The notes under the pieces: model-generated
Told to the model about the DNA's origin: nothing
Seen by the model: the letters and a program-made list of their open reading frames with translations, nothing else
The model's database searches: none
Shown here: positions 1 through 12,807 of the stretch, piece after piece
Layout of the letters: each line of letters starts with the position of its first letter
How positions within the stretch are numbered: the first letter of the stretch is position 1
NCBI GenBank assembly: GCA_050613775.1
Contig: JBODTK010000131.1
Span: 372,001-436,000, forward strand
Reading direction: 5' to 3'
Length of the DNA stretch: 64,000 nucleotides
DNA from: Neocallimastix sp. 'constans'
Lineage: Eukaryota
Position numbers and translations under genes: made by a program

Positions 1-583
1 TAAATTTACAATTGGGTATTTTTTTTTTTTTTAATTCTATATTATAATTCTTCAATTATTATAAAGTTATTTATTTATTTATTTATTATTGTTATCATTT
101 GATATTTAATTTATTATTTTTTAATATATATTTTATTATTTCATATTAATTATAATTATGAAAAAAAATATCTTCTGATAATGTAAGTATTTTTCCTTTA
201 TATATTATTTAATGTTTTTATCATTTATCTGTTTTGTATAAATTATTAATAATCGTAATTCATAATATTATTATTATTTAATATATCCGATTGTGAAATA
301 TACTAAAAATTAATATTATTTAAGAATACATTTTGTATTCAAACAGTATAAAATAAATTAAATATAATATGCGCTATAGGAAAAAATGTAATTTTATTTA
401 TTATCATTTAATAACAATACATATAATTATTAATAAAAAAGATTGCTTATTAAATTATATTATATTTTAGAACTTTAATATTACATGTAATTTATTCTTA
501 AATTGAAAATATTAACATTATAGTTTTGTTTTAAGAATTAATATAATTTTTTAAAACTCCTTTATATAATATACTATAAGAGG

Positions 584-612
584 TCATACAATAAGAATAA
601 TGATAAAATAAT
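584..612 (+). promoter_or_regulatory. Invariant 29-bp upstream block TCATACAATAAGAATAATGATAAAATAAT (also at 3787, 6391, 8808, 12409)
   Basis: Identical in all five units, starting 248-256 bp before each ATG, with variable flanks. A regulatory role is inferred. Confidence 0.35.
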
Positions 613-839
613 ATAAAATGAACACTCCTATATTTTCTATCATAATCTTTTATCATTAAAAAATTTTTTTTATTATATAATTCTTTTATATATTATTATA
701 AATCAAAAAAATATATAAAGAGCAAATTTACTTTTTACTTAAAAATTAATCACTATCATTTTTAATATTAAATTTTTATATTCAAAAACAAAATAAAAAA
801 TATTGTAATAATATTTATATCATAAAATTAAAGAGAAAA

Positions 840-986
840 ATGAGAGGCCAAACTGCTGTTAATAACTCAAACTCTGTTAAAAATACTTCTTTTACTGGTT
901 CGAAGACTATAAAGAAGAAATCTTCAAGGATAATTAAAAATGTAACTGATATAGGATATCATGCTGCCATCTGTTCTATTCAATAA
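840..986 (+). CDS. 48-aa CaaX-terminated peptide, copy 1 (candidate a-factor-like lipopeptide pheromone precursor)
   Basis: Hand translation: MRGQTAVNNSNSVKNTSFTGSKTIKKKSSRIIKNVTDIGYHAAICSIQ*. A-rich context AAAGAGAAAAATG. The ORF is kept open, with no indels, in five copies while the flanks diverge. It is below the ORF-track length cutoff. Confidence 0.8.
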   Translation: MRGQTAVNNSNSVKNTSFTGSKTIKKKSSRIIKNVTDIGYHAAICSIQ

Positions 987-3900
987 ATAAAATTTATTGA
1001 ATTAAAATATTATATATTAAATAATTTCTACTGTTTTATATAATAATTACATAACTATACATTAATAATAATATATATTATAATTATATAAAAAATTGTA
1101 ATATATAAATTTAAGTTAAATATTATAAATATAGATTATTTTTTTTTAAAAAAAAATTTTTGTAAAGATTCTAATTATAAATATGTTTTAAATCCATAGA
1201 AGTAAAAACTTCTATATAGTAATTAGTAGTAATTATACTATTGTAATTATATGAAATGCTATTAATAAATATATTATGATTAATATTATATAACTAAAGT
1301 TAATATCAAAAAATTACATAAATAACAAAATAAAATACTTATTTTAAATATTAACTTTATTAATAAAAATAAAATAAAATTATTGTATAAAATTAAAGTG
1401 AAATAATTATTTATAAACTTTATTAAATATTACATAATTATTATAATATGTAATGTGATAATTCAAAATAATGGAATATAAAATAAAACAAATAATCTTA
1501 AAATTTTAAAAATAATATATATTCTTTTATACTATTAATTCAATAATAATTTTAATTTTAATTTATATATAAACTTTTTATACATATTTTTTAAAATTTT
1601 TCTATTTCGAATTAATAAAAATGATCTTAAATATTTTTATAAATATTATATATATTATTTATTTTTATTTCAATAAACTAATAAAAATAATTTATAAATA
1701 TTTAATTATTAAACTTTAAATTTCAAAAAAAAATCTATTTTTAAATATTTTCTTTATTATTTTTTTTCCTGAATAAAGTCACCAATTAAAATCTGGTTTT
1801 AATTAATTTAAATTAATCATCCAGATAATAAGTTTTAATTTATTTAATTAAATTAATTTTAATTAAAATAAAAATAAGAGAAATGAATGATTCATTTATA
1901 AATATAATAAACTTTATATTATAATAAAGCATTTTTTTTTTTGAAAATGAATAGATTAAATCTATATTATTATGCATTTTTAAATTTTAATTTTTTTTAT
2001 AAATTTTATTTTTTTTAACAAAATATTAATATTTTAATTTTAACTTTTATATTTCTTTTCAATTATTTTTATTCAAATATTGTTTATATAATGATTGTGA
2101 GTATTTAAAATTTTATATGATATGATAAACTAATAAAATATTAATATTATAAATTTATTTTAATAAAATATAAAGTTAATCGGTTAAATGAATTATATAT
2201 ATATATATATTTTTTTATATATACAATATTATGAGTGATAAATAATAAATATCTTAAATTATTTAATAAAAATAATATATTTTAATATATATTATATAAG
2301 TTATTTAATTTATTTCTTTGGAATAAATATATTATTAAATATTCAGATATTAAAGTTTTTGTCATTACGATCAATTTTAATAATTAAAAATGAGGAAAAT
2401 AAAATTTAGGAAATTTAATGTATTTCGGATACCCTAGTAACTATGAATTTATATTAACTGTATACATTACATCTTAGTAACTTATTATATAATCTTATTA
2501 TACATCTTTAACCTTATAATGGTATAAATAAGTTATAGATTTGCATATAAAGGTACTTATTTGTTAGTGTTCAAATTTATTAAAAGTTAATCCTTATCAT
2601 AGAATCATATTATCACATTATATACATTTTATGTAATATCTGAAATTAATAGAATAAATTAAAAATAATTTTTTACCTATTGAAATTAACATTTCTAATA
2701 AAATAGTAATTTTCAACTCAAAGAATTAATAAATTTTAAAAAATTTATTATGATATTAACATTATTAAAAATTCATATTTTAGTAATTAGTATATATATA
2801 TATTATATAAAATCTAATATTCTTTTAATATAGAGATTATTAAGTAATTAATCAAATAAAAAATTTACTAATTAACTATCTCTAAATATTCAATAAAACA
2901 AGAATAATTAATAAAGTAAATTGTTTTCTAATAGGAATATTCAAATTATTAAATGATTGTTTCAATCTGTTTGTGTCAATAATATTATAATATTTTATTT
3001 ATTATAATTTACTCTTAACTTTTATTTTAAAAAAAAATATTTATTTTTCATTTAATACATTAGTATTATTTTAATTATCCATATTAATTTAATTATAGTT
3101 TATTTAAAATAATATCTATTTAACTTTTTTAAACTTTAGAAATTGACTATAATTTTTATATGATTAATAATAAATATATTTATTATTAAAAGTATTAATT
3201 TTATTTTTTTTATTTTGAATTAATATTAATATTTTATTAAAAAAAATTTTTTTTAATAATTAAATTAGATAAAATAATTATTCAAACAATAAAAATTATT
3301 CTGAATATTATTTGATATTTAAATTATTATCTTAAAATATTTATTTTTTAATTCACATTAATAATAATAATAAAAAAAAAATATATCATCTGATAATGTA
3401 AAGTATTTTTTCCTTTAAATGTTATTTGATGATTTTATATTCTAAAAGCTTAATATTATATCTTATTATCAATTAACAATAATATTAATATTTAATATAT
3501 AGGATGGTGTAATATATTAACATTAATATTATTTTTGAACATATTATATATTCAATTATTAAAATAAATTTAATATACTACTCAATATTGAAAAATGTTT
3601 AATTTTATTTTATATTTTTTAAGAATAATACATATAATTAATAATAAAAATTATTAAATTATACTATAATATATAACCTTATTATTATATGATATTTATT
3701 CTTAAATTGAAATATTAATATTATCGATTTGTCATAATTATTTATTTAATTTTCAAGAACTCTTTCATATAATATACTACAAGAAGTCATACAATAAGAA
3801 TAATGATAAAATAATATATATTGAATACTCCTTTATTTTCTATCATAATCCTTAATCATTAAAAATATTTACCGTATCATAAATTTCAATTATTTATTAA

Positions 3901-4034
3901 TATAAATAAAAAGATATATATATAGAGAAAATTTTCTTTGTTACTAAAAAAAATTACTATTATTTTTAGTATCAAATTTAAAATTTATAAAAAAAGTATA
4001 AATATATATATATTTTGTTAAGGCAAAGAGAAAA

Positions 4035-4181
4035 ATGAAAGGTCAAACTGCTATTAATAACTCAAACATTGTTAAAAATACTTCTTTTACTGGTTCTAAA
4101 ACTTTAAAGAAGAAATCTTCAAGGATAATTAAAAATGTAACTGATATTGGATATCATGCTGCCATATGTACTATTCAATAA
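4035..4181 (+). CDS. 48-aa CaaX-terminated peptide, copy 2
   Basis: MKGQTAINNSNIVKNTSFTGSKTLKKKSSRIIKNVTDIGYHAAICTIQ*. Confidence 0.8.
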   Translation: MKGQTAINNSNIVKNTSFTGSKTLKKKSSRIIKNVTDIGYHAAICTIQ

Positions 4182-6640
4182 ATAGAAATTATTGAATAAG
4201 AATATTATATATAAAATAACTACTGTTGTTTTATATAATAATTACATAATTACATAATTATGTAATAGTAATAATATATACTACTAATCATTTAAAGAAT
4301 TAAAAAATATAATATATAAATTAAAATTAAATTATAAAAATATAGATTTTTTTTTAAATAATTTTTGTAAAAATTTTAATTATAAAATGTTTTAAATACT
4401 TAAAAGTTTTCAATTTTGTATAGTTATTAAATTTATTAATTTTTATATAGTATATTGTTAATATCTTAATTATAAAAATTTATATAATATAATAAAAGTT
4501 ATTGTCAATATATTTCAAAAATAATATTATTAAATATATATTTTAAATGTATATTATTTTTTTTAATAAAAATAAATAATACTATTGAATAAATTTAGAG
4601 ATAAATAATTATTCATTATTATATATTTCTAAATACTACATTAAATTGTATTATAATTCTTAATTTAATTTTATATAAAGAAATATAAAATAAAACAAAT
4701 AAACTTAAAATTTTAAAAAAAATATACATTCTTATATACTATGAATTCAATAAAAATTTTAATTAAAATTTATATATATATTTATTAAATATTTTTTAAA
4801 ATTTTTATATTTCGAATTAAAAAAAATAATCTTAAATATTTTTATAAATAATATGTATTATTTATTTTTATTTAAAATAATAAAAAAAAATTTAATGAAT
4901 ATTAAATATTAAACTTTAAATTCAAAAAAAAATCTATTTTTAAATATTTTCTTTATTATTTTTTTTCCTGAATAAAGTCACCAATTAAAATCTGGTTTTA
5001 ATTAATTTAAATTAATCATCCAGATAATAAGTTTTAATTTATTTAATTAAATTAATTTTAATTAAAATAAAAATAAGAGAAATGAATGATTCATTTATTA
5101 ATATAATAAACTTTATATTATAATAAAACATTTTTTTTTGAAAATGAATAGATTAAATCTATATTATTTATTAACAAAATATAATATTTGAATTTTAACT
5201 TTTTTATTTTTTTTCAATTATATTTATTCAAATATTATTTATAAAATGATTGTGAGTATTAATAATTTCATATGAAATGATAAACTAATATAATATTAAT
5301 ATTATAAATTTATTTTAATAAAATATAAAGTTAATCGGTTAAATTAATAATATATATTTTTTTATATAGAAATTATTTTTTAGTAATATTTTTGTGATAG
5401 ATTTAGTATTATTTTATAATATAATTATTAATACTTAAAAAACATTAATAAACTTGTAAAGAAATTAAAAATATACAATTGAATGTTTCTATTTTTAAAT
5501 TTAATATATTTTCTTTTTAAATATTGGCATATATACAATAAAATGAGTAATAAATATATTAAATTACAAAAAAAAAATGGTATATATTAATTTATATTAT
5601 ATAAATTACTTAAAATTATTTCTTTGTGATTTATATTAAATGCATTCTTTACATTTATTAATTTATTATATATCTTTAATCTTATGATGCTATAAATAAG
5701 TTGATGATTTGCATATAGAGGTACTTATTAATTAGTGTTTAAATTTATAATATGTTATTACATTCATTACTAGAGAATTTGATTACTATAGCCTTAGTGA
5801 ATGCTATAAAAATTTTATATTCTATTTAAACAATTAAACCGAATAAAAATATTAAAATAAATCTATTGAAAAAAAAAAGACATTAAAATAGTGAATTATA
5901 ATGCAAGGAATTAATATATATTAAAAATTATACTATAAAATAAAAATTATTTTAAATTTATATTTCAGTAATTATTATATGTATAAATGTTTATAATATA
6001 ATCTTCTTTAATATTTGGAATTTTAAATATTTAATAAAATTAAAAATTTATTAATTAACCATTCATAAACAATAAAAAAAATTTTGATTAATATATAAGA
6101 TGGTGTAATATATTAATATTAATATTATTTTTTAACATATTATGTATTCAAATATTAAAATAAATTTAATATACAATTCAATGTTGAAAAATGTTTAATT
6201 TTATTTAATATTTTTTAAGAATGATACATATAATTAATAATAAAAATTATTACATATTAAATTATACTATAAAATATAACTTTAATATTATATATTATTT
6301 ATTCTTAAATTGAAAATATTAAAATTATAGTTCTGTTTTAATAATTTATTTAATTTTCAAGAATCCTTTTAAATAATATACTACAAGAAGTCATACAATA
6401 AGAATAATGATAAAATAATATAAACTGAATACTCCTTTATTTTATGTTATAATCCTTAATTATTAAAAATATTAATTGTAAAATGAATTTCTATTATTTA
6501 TTATTAATAATAAAAAGGTATATATAAAAAAGAAAAATTACTTCGTAACTAAAAAAAATTAATATTATTTTTAGTATCAAATTTTAATATTTATAACAAA
6601 AAAATAAAAATATATATATTTTGTAAAGTTAAAGAGAAAA

Positions 6641-6787
6641 ATGAAAGGTCAAACTGCTATTAATAACTCAAACACTGTTAAAAATACTTCTTTTACTGGT
6701 TCTAAAACTTTAAAGAAGAAATCTTCAAGGATAATTAAAAATGTAACTGATATTGGATATCATGCTGCCATCTGTTCTATTCAATAA
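6641..6787 (+). CDS. 48-aa CaaX-terminated peptide, copy 3
   Basis: MKGQTAINNSNTVKNTSFTGSKTLKKKSSRIIKNVTDIGYHAAICSIQ*. Confidence 0.8.
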   Translation: MKGQTAINNSNTVKNTSFTGSKTLKKKSSRIIKNVTDIGYHAAICSIQ

Positions 6788-9058
6788 ATAAAATTTATTA
6801 AATTAGAATATTATATATTAAATAATTTCTACTGTTTTATATAATAATTACATAACTGTACATTAATAATAATATATATTATAATTATATAAATAATTAT
6901 TAAATATAAAATATAAATTATAGTTAAATAATATAAATATAGATTACTTTTTTAAAAAAATTTTTTAAAAATTCTAATAATAAAAATATTTAAAATGTTT
7001 TAATATTTTCAATTTTATATAATAATTAAATTAATTTAATTATTATAGAGTATGTTGTTTATAACTTTTTATAATGATTAATATAATTATAATTTAAGTA
7101 ATAATTAAAAAAATTTCATAAACAATATTATTATATAATCACTAATAATAAAAAAACTTTAATTTACTTGTAAAGAAATTAAAAATATAAAACTGAATGG
7201 TTCCATTTTTAAATTTAATATTTTTTATTGTTAAATATTGGCATATATACAATAATATGAGTGATAAATATCTTAAATTATTTAATGAAAAAAATATATT
7301 TTAATATATAATATGTTATTTTAATTTATTTCTTTGTAATAAATACATTATTAAGTATTCTTATATTAAAGTTTTTCTTTTAAAGATTAATTTTTTGATT
7401 TAGAAATTAGGAAAATAAACTTTAGGATTCGTAATTTATGTTTCGGGTTTTATATAAGCTTTGAAATTAATTTAACAACATTACATAAACCTTTGCTACT
7501 TATTATGTGTCTTTATCTTCTTAATGATATAAATAGGTTGTAAATTAGCATATACACATACTTATTTGTTAGTGTTTAAATTTATAATATATTATTGCAA
7601 TATTTACTACGGAATCCTATTACTTCAGCCTTTGTTAATACTATAAACATTTTTTTTTAAAACATAAAATAATAGAATGAATTAAAATATAATAATAAAT
7701 ATATTAAAATTTTAACTGACAATAAAATATTAATTTACAATGCAATGAATTAATTAATAAATTTTAAAAAAATATACTATAATATAATAGGAAATTCATA
7801 TTTCAAAATTATTATATAAATAAATTATTTATAATATAATATTCTTATATATTTAGAGTTTTAAATATTTAATAATACTAAAAAATATATCAATTAACTA
7901 TATTAAATATTCAATAAAACAAGAATAATTAATAAAGTAAATTGTTTTCTAATAGGAATATTCAAATTATTAAATGATTGTTTCATTTTGTTTGTGTCAA
8001 TAATATTATAATTTTTTATTTATTACAATTTACTCTTAACTTTTATTTTAAAAAAAAATATTTATTTTTCATTTAATACATTAGTATTATTTTAATTATC
8101 CATATTAATTTAATTATAGTTTATTTAAAATAATATCTATTTAACTTTTTTAAACTTTAGAAATTGACTATAATTTTTATATGATTAATAATAAATATAT
8201 TTATTATAAAAAGTATTAATTTTATTTTTTTTATTTTGAATTATTAATAATATTTTATTAAAAAAAAAAATTTTTTTAATTAACTAAATTAGATAAAATA
8301 ATTATCCAAACAATAAAAATTATTCTGAATATTATTTGATATTTAATTTATTATTTTATAATATTTATTGTTTAATTCACATTAATAATAATAAAAAAAT
8401 ATATCATCTGATAATGTAAAGTATTTTTCCTTTAAATGTTATTTGATGATTTTATATTTTAAAAGTTTAATATTATATCTTATTATCAATTAATAATAAT
8501 ATTATTATTTAATATATAGGATGGTGTAATATATTTATATTAATATTATTTTTGAACATATTATGTATTCAATTATTAAAATAAATTTAATATACTAATT
8601 AATATTGAAAAATGTTTAATTTTATTTAATATTTTTTGAGAATAATACATATAATTAATAATAAAAATTATTAAATATTAAATTATACAATAAAATATAA
8701 CTTTAATATTATACGATATTTATTTTTAAATTGAAAATATTAATATTATAGCTTTGTTTTAATTATTTGATTTTCGAAAACTCCTTTATATAATATTTGA
8801 TAAAGGATCATACAATAAGAATAATGATAAAATAATATATATTGAATACTCCTTTATTTTCTATCATAATCCTTAATTATTAAAAATATTTACTGTATCA
8901 TATATTTCAATTATTTATTAATATAAATAAAAAGATATATATATAGAGAAAATTTACTTTATTACTAAAAAAAATTATTATTATTTTTAGTATCAAATTT
9001 AATATTTATAAAAAAAAATATAAATATATATATATATTTTGTTAAGGCAAAGAGAAAA

Positions 9059-9205
9059 ATGAAAGGTCAAACTGTTATTAATAACTCAAACATTGTTAAA
9101 AATACTTCTTTTACTGGTTTTAAAACTTTAAAGAAGAAATCTTCAAGGATAATTAAAAATGTAACTGATATTGGATATCACGCTGCCATATGTACTATTC
9201 AATAA
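9059..9205 (+). CDS. 48-aa CaaX-terminated peptide, copy 4
   Basis: MKGQTVINNSNIVKNTSFTGFKTLKKKSSRIIKNVTDIGYHAAICTIQ*. Confidence 0.8.
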   Translation: MKGQTVINNSNIVKNTSFTGFKTLKKKSSRIIKNVTDIGYHAAICTIQ

Positions 9206-9726
9206 ATAGAACTTATTGAATAAGAATATTATGTATAAAATAACTACTGTTGTTTTATATAATAATTACATAATTACAAAATTATGTAATAGTAATAATA
9301 TATACTACTAATCATTTAAAGAATTAAAAAATATAATATATAAATTAAAATTAAATTATAAAAATATAGATTTTTTTTAAATAATTTTTGTAAAAATTTT
9401 AATTAAAAATATTTTAAATACTTAAAAGTTTTCAATTTTGTGTAGTAATTAAATTTATTTAATTTTTATATAGTATATTGTTAATATCTTAATTATAAAA
9501 ATTTATATAATATAATAAAAGTTATCATCAATATTATTCAAAAATAACATTATTAAATATATATTTTAAATGTATATTATTTTATTTATAAAAATAATAA
9601 ATATTATTGAATAAATTTAAAAAGAAATAATTATTCATTATTATGTATTTCTAAATACTACATTAAATTGTATTATAATTCTTAATTTAATTTTATATAA
9701 AGAAATATAAAATAAAACAAATAAAC

Positions 9727-10556
9727 TTAAAATATTAATATTTTGTTAAAAAAAATAAAATTTATAAAAAAAATTAAAATTTAAAAATGCATAATAATAT
9801 AGATTTAATCTATTCATTTTCAAAAAAAAAAAATTGATTTATTATAATATAAAGTTTATTATATTTATAAATGAATCATTCATTTCTCTTATTTTTATTT
9901 TAATTAAAATTAATTAATTAAATAAATTAAATTTTATTATCTGGATGATTAATTTAAATTAATTAAAACCAAATTTTAATTGGTGACTTTTATTCAGGAA
10001 AAAAAATAATAAAGAAAATATTAATATAAAATAATATATATTCTTTTATACTATGAATTCAATAAAAATTTTAATTTTAATTTATATATAAACTTTTTAT
10101 ACATATTTTTTAAAATTTTTCTATTTCGAATTAATAAAAATGATATTAAATATTTTTATAAATATTATATATATTATTTATTTTTATTTCAATAAACTAA
10201 TAAAAATAATTTATAAATATTTAATTATTAAATTTTAAATTTCAAAAAAAAATCTATTTTTAAATATTTTCTTTATTATTTTTTTTCCTGAATAAAAGTC
10301 ACCAATTAAAATTTGGATTTAATTAATTTAAATTAATCATCCAGATAATAAGTTTTAATTTATTTAATTAAATTAATTTTAATTAAAATAAAAATAAGAG
10401 AAATGAATGATTCATTTATAAATATAATAAACTTTATATTATAATAAAGCATTTTTTTTTTGAAAATGAATAGATTAAATCTATATTATTATGCATTTTT
10501 AAATTTTAATTTTTTTTATAAATTTTATTTTTTTTAACAAAATATTAATATTTTAA
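9727..10556. repeat. ~295-bp inverted repeat (9727-10022 / 10263-10556) with a 240-bp spacer
   Basis: The left arm is the near-exact reverse complement of the right arm, e.g. TTGGTGACTTTTATTCAGG vs CCTGAATAAAAGTCACCAA. Confidence 0.9.
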
Positions 10557-12660
10557 TTTTAACTTTTATATTTCTTTTCAATTATTTTTATTAAAATATT
10601 GTTTATAAAATGATTGTGAGTATTAAAAATTTTATATGATATGATAAACTAATAAAATATTTATATTATAAATTTATTTTAATAAAATATAAAATTAATC
10701 GGTTAAATGAATAATATTTATTATTTAATATAGAAATTATTTTCAATAAATATTTTAATGATAGAATTAATATTATATAATTACTAAAATTTAAAAAACT
10801 TTATTAAACTTATAAAGAAATTAAAAATATACAATTGAATGTTTCTATTTTTAAATTTAATATATTTTATTGTTAAATATTGGCATATATACAATAATAT
10901 GAGTGATAAATATCTTAAATTATTTAATAAAAATAATATATTTTAATATATATTATATAAGTTATCTTTAACCTTACAATTCTATAAATAAGTTATAGAT
11001 TTGCATATAAAGGTACTTATTTGCTAGTGTTCAATTTTATTATATGTTATTATTATAATCCTTACTATAGAATCATATTACAACAGTCTTAGTGAACGTT
11101 ATATATATTTTATATAATATCTAAACCAAAAGAATAAATTAAAAATAATTTTTAACCTGTTAAAATTAACATTTATTATTAAATAGTAATTTTCATCCAA
11201 AGAATTAATAAATTGTAAAAAAATTACTATGATATAACATTATTAAAAATTTTTCAGTAATTATTATATATATATTATATAATCTTCTATTTTTTTAAAT
11301 AGAGATTATTAAGTAATTAATAAAATAAAAAATTTATTAATTAACTATCTCTAAATATTTAATAAAATAGGAATAGTTAATACATTAAATATTTTTCTAA
11401 TAGAAATAATCATTTTAATAATAATTTTTTCAATCTGTTTTTCTTGATAATATTATAAATTTTTATTTATCATAATTTATCTTTATTTTTTTTTTAAAAA
11501 AATAATATTTATTTATCTTTAAATATATTAATATCATTTTAATTATCCATATTAATTTAATAATTGTTTATTTAAAATAATATTTATTTAACTTTTTTTT
11601 AAATTTTAAACATTTAATATAATTTTTAATTATTATGAATGATTATAATATTATTAATTATAAAATGTATTAATTTTTTATTTAGAAGTAATATTAATAT
11701 TTTATTAATAAAAAGATCATTTTTTTAATAATTAAAACAGATAAAATAATTATTTAAAACAATAAAAATATCAAACTATTGTTTGTAAATATTATTAGTA
11801 ATAACTTCTTGTATTAATATATTATTTGTAAAATTATAGATTAATAATATAGGTAATTTTTTTTATTAATTTTTTATTATTATTCTTTTATTTTTTTAAA
11901 GTTGTTGTTTATTTATCTGGATATTATTTGATTTTAATTTATTATCTTATAATATATATTTTTTATTATTTTACATTTATAATAATAATAAAAAAAATAT
12001 CATATGATGATATAAAATATTATTCCTTTAAATATTATTTGATGATTTTATATTCTAAAAGTTTAATATTATGTTTTATTAGCAATTAACTATAATATTA
12101 TTATTTAATATATAAGATGGTGTATTACTTTAATATTAATAATATTTTTTGAACATATTATGTATTCAAACATTAAAATAAATTTTTAATATACTACTCA
12201 ATATTGAAAAATGTTTAATTTTATTTAATATTTTTTAAGAATGATACATATAATTAATAATAAAATTTATTACATATTAAATTATACTATAAAATAGAAC
12301 TTTAATATTATATAATATTTATTCTTAAATTGAAATATTAATACTATAGCTTTGTTTTAATGATTATTTAATTTTCAAGAACTCCTTTATATTATATACT
12401 ATAAGAAGTCATACAATAAGAATAATGATAAAATAATTTAAACTGAACACTCCTTTATTTTCCATTATAATCCCTAATTATTAAAAATATATATTGTATT
12501 ATAAATTTCTATTATTTATTAATATTAGTAAAAATATATATATAAAGAGTAAATTTACTTTGTTACTGAAAAATTAACTATTAATACTTTTAGTATCAAA
12601 TTTAAATATTTAAAAAAAAAATTATAAATATAAATATATTTTGTTAAGTTAAAGAGAAAA

Positions 12661-12807
12661 ATGAAAGGTCAAACAGTTGTTAATAACTCAAACATTGTTA
12701 AAAATACTTCTTTTACTGGTTCTAAGACTATAAAGAAGAAATCTTCAAGAATAATTAAAAATGTAACTGATATCGGATATCATGCTGCCATATGTACTAT
12801 TCAATAA
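12661..12807 (+). CDS. 48-aa CaaX-terminated peptide, copy 5
   Basis: MKGQTVVNNSNIVKNTSFTGSKTIKKKSSRIIKNVTDIGYHAAICTIQ*. Confidence 0.8.
   Translation: MKGQTVVNNSNIVKNTSFTGSKTIKKKSSRIIKNVTDIGYHAAICTIQ

Noticed and set aside
840..986. G-protein gamma subunit or Ras C-terminal exon as the identity of the CaaX ORF
   Set aside because: Too short, no G-gamma helical or NPF-type motif, and no upstream GTPase exons in any of the five units. Not fully excluded without transcripts.
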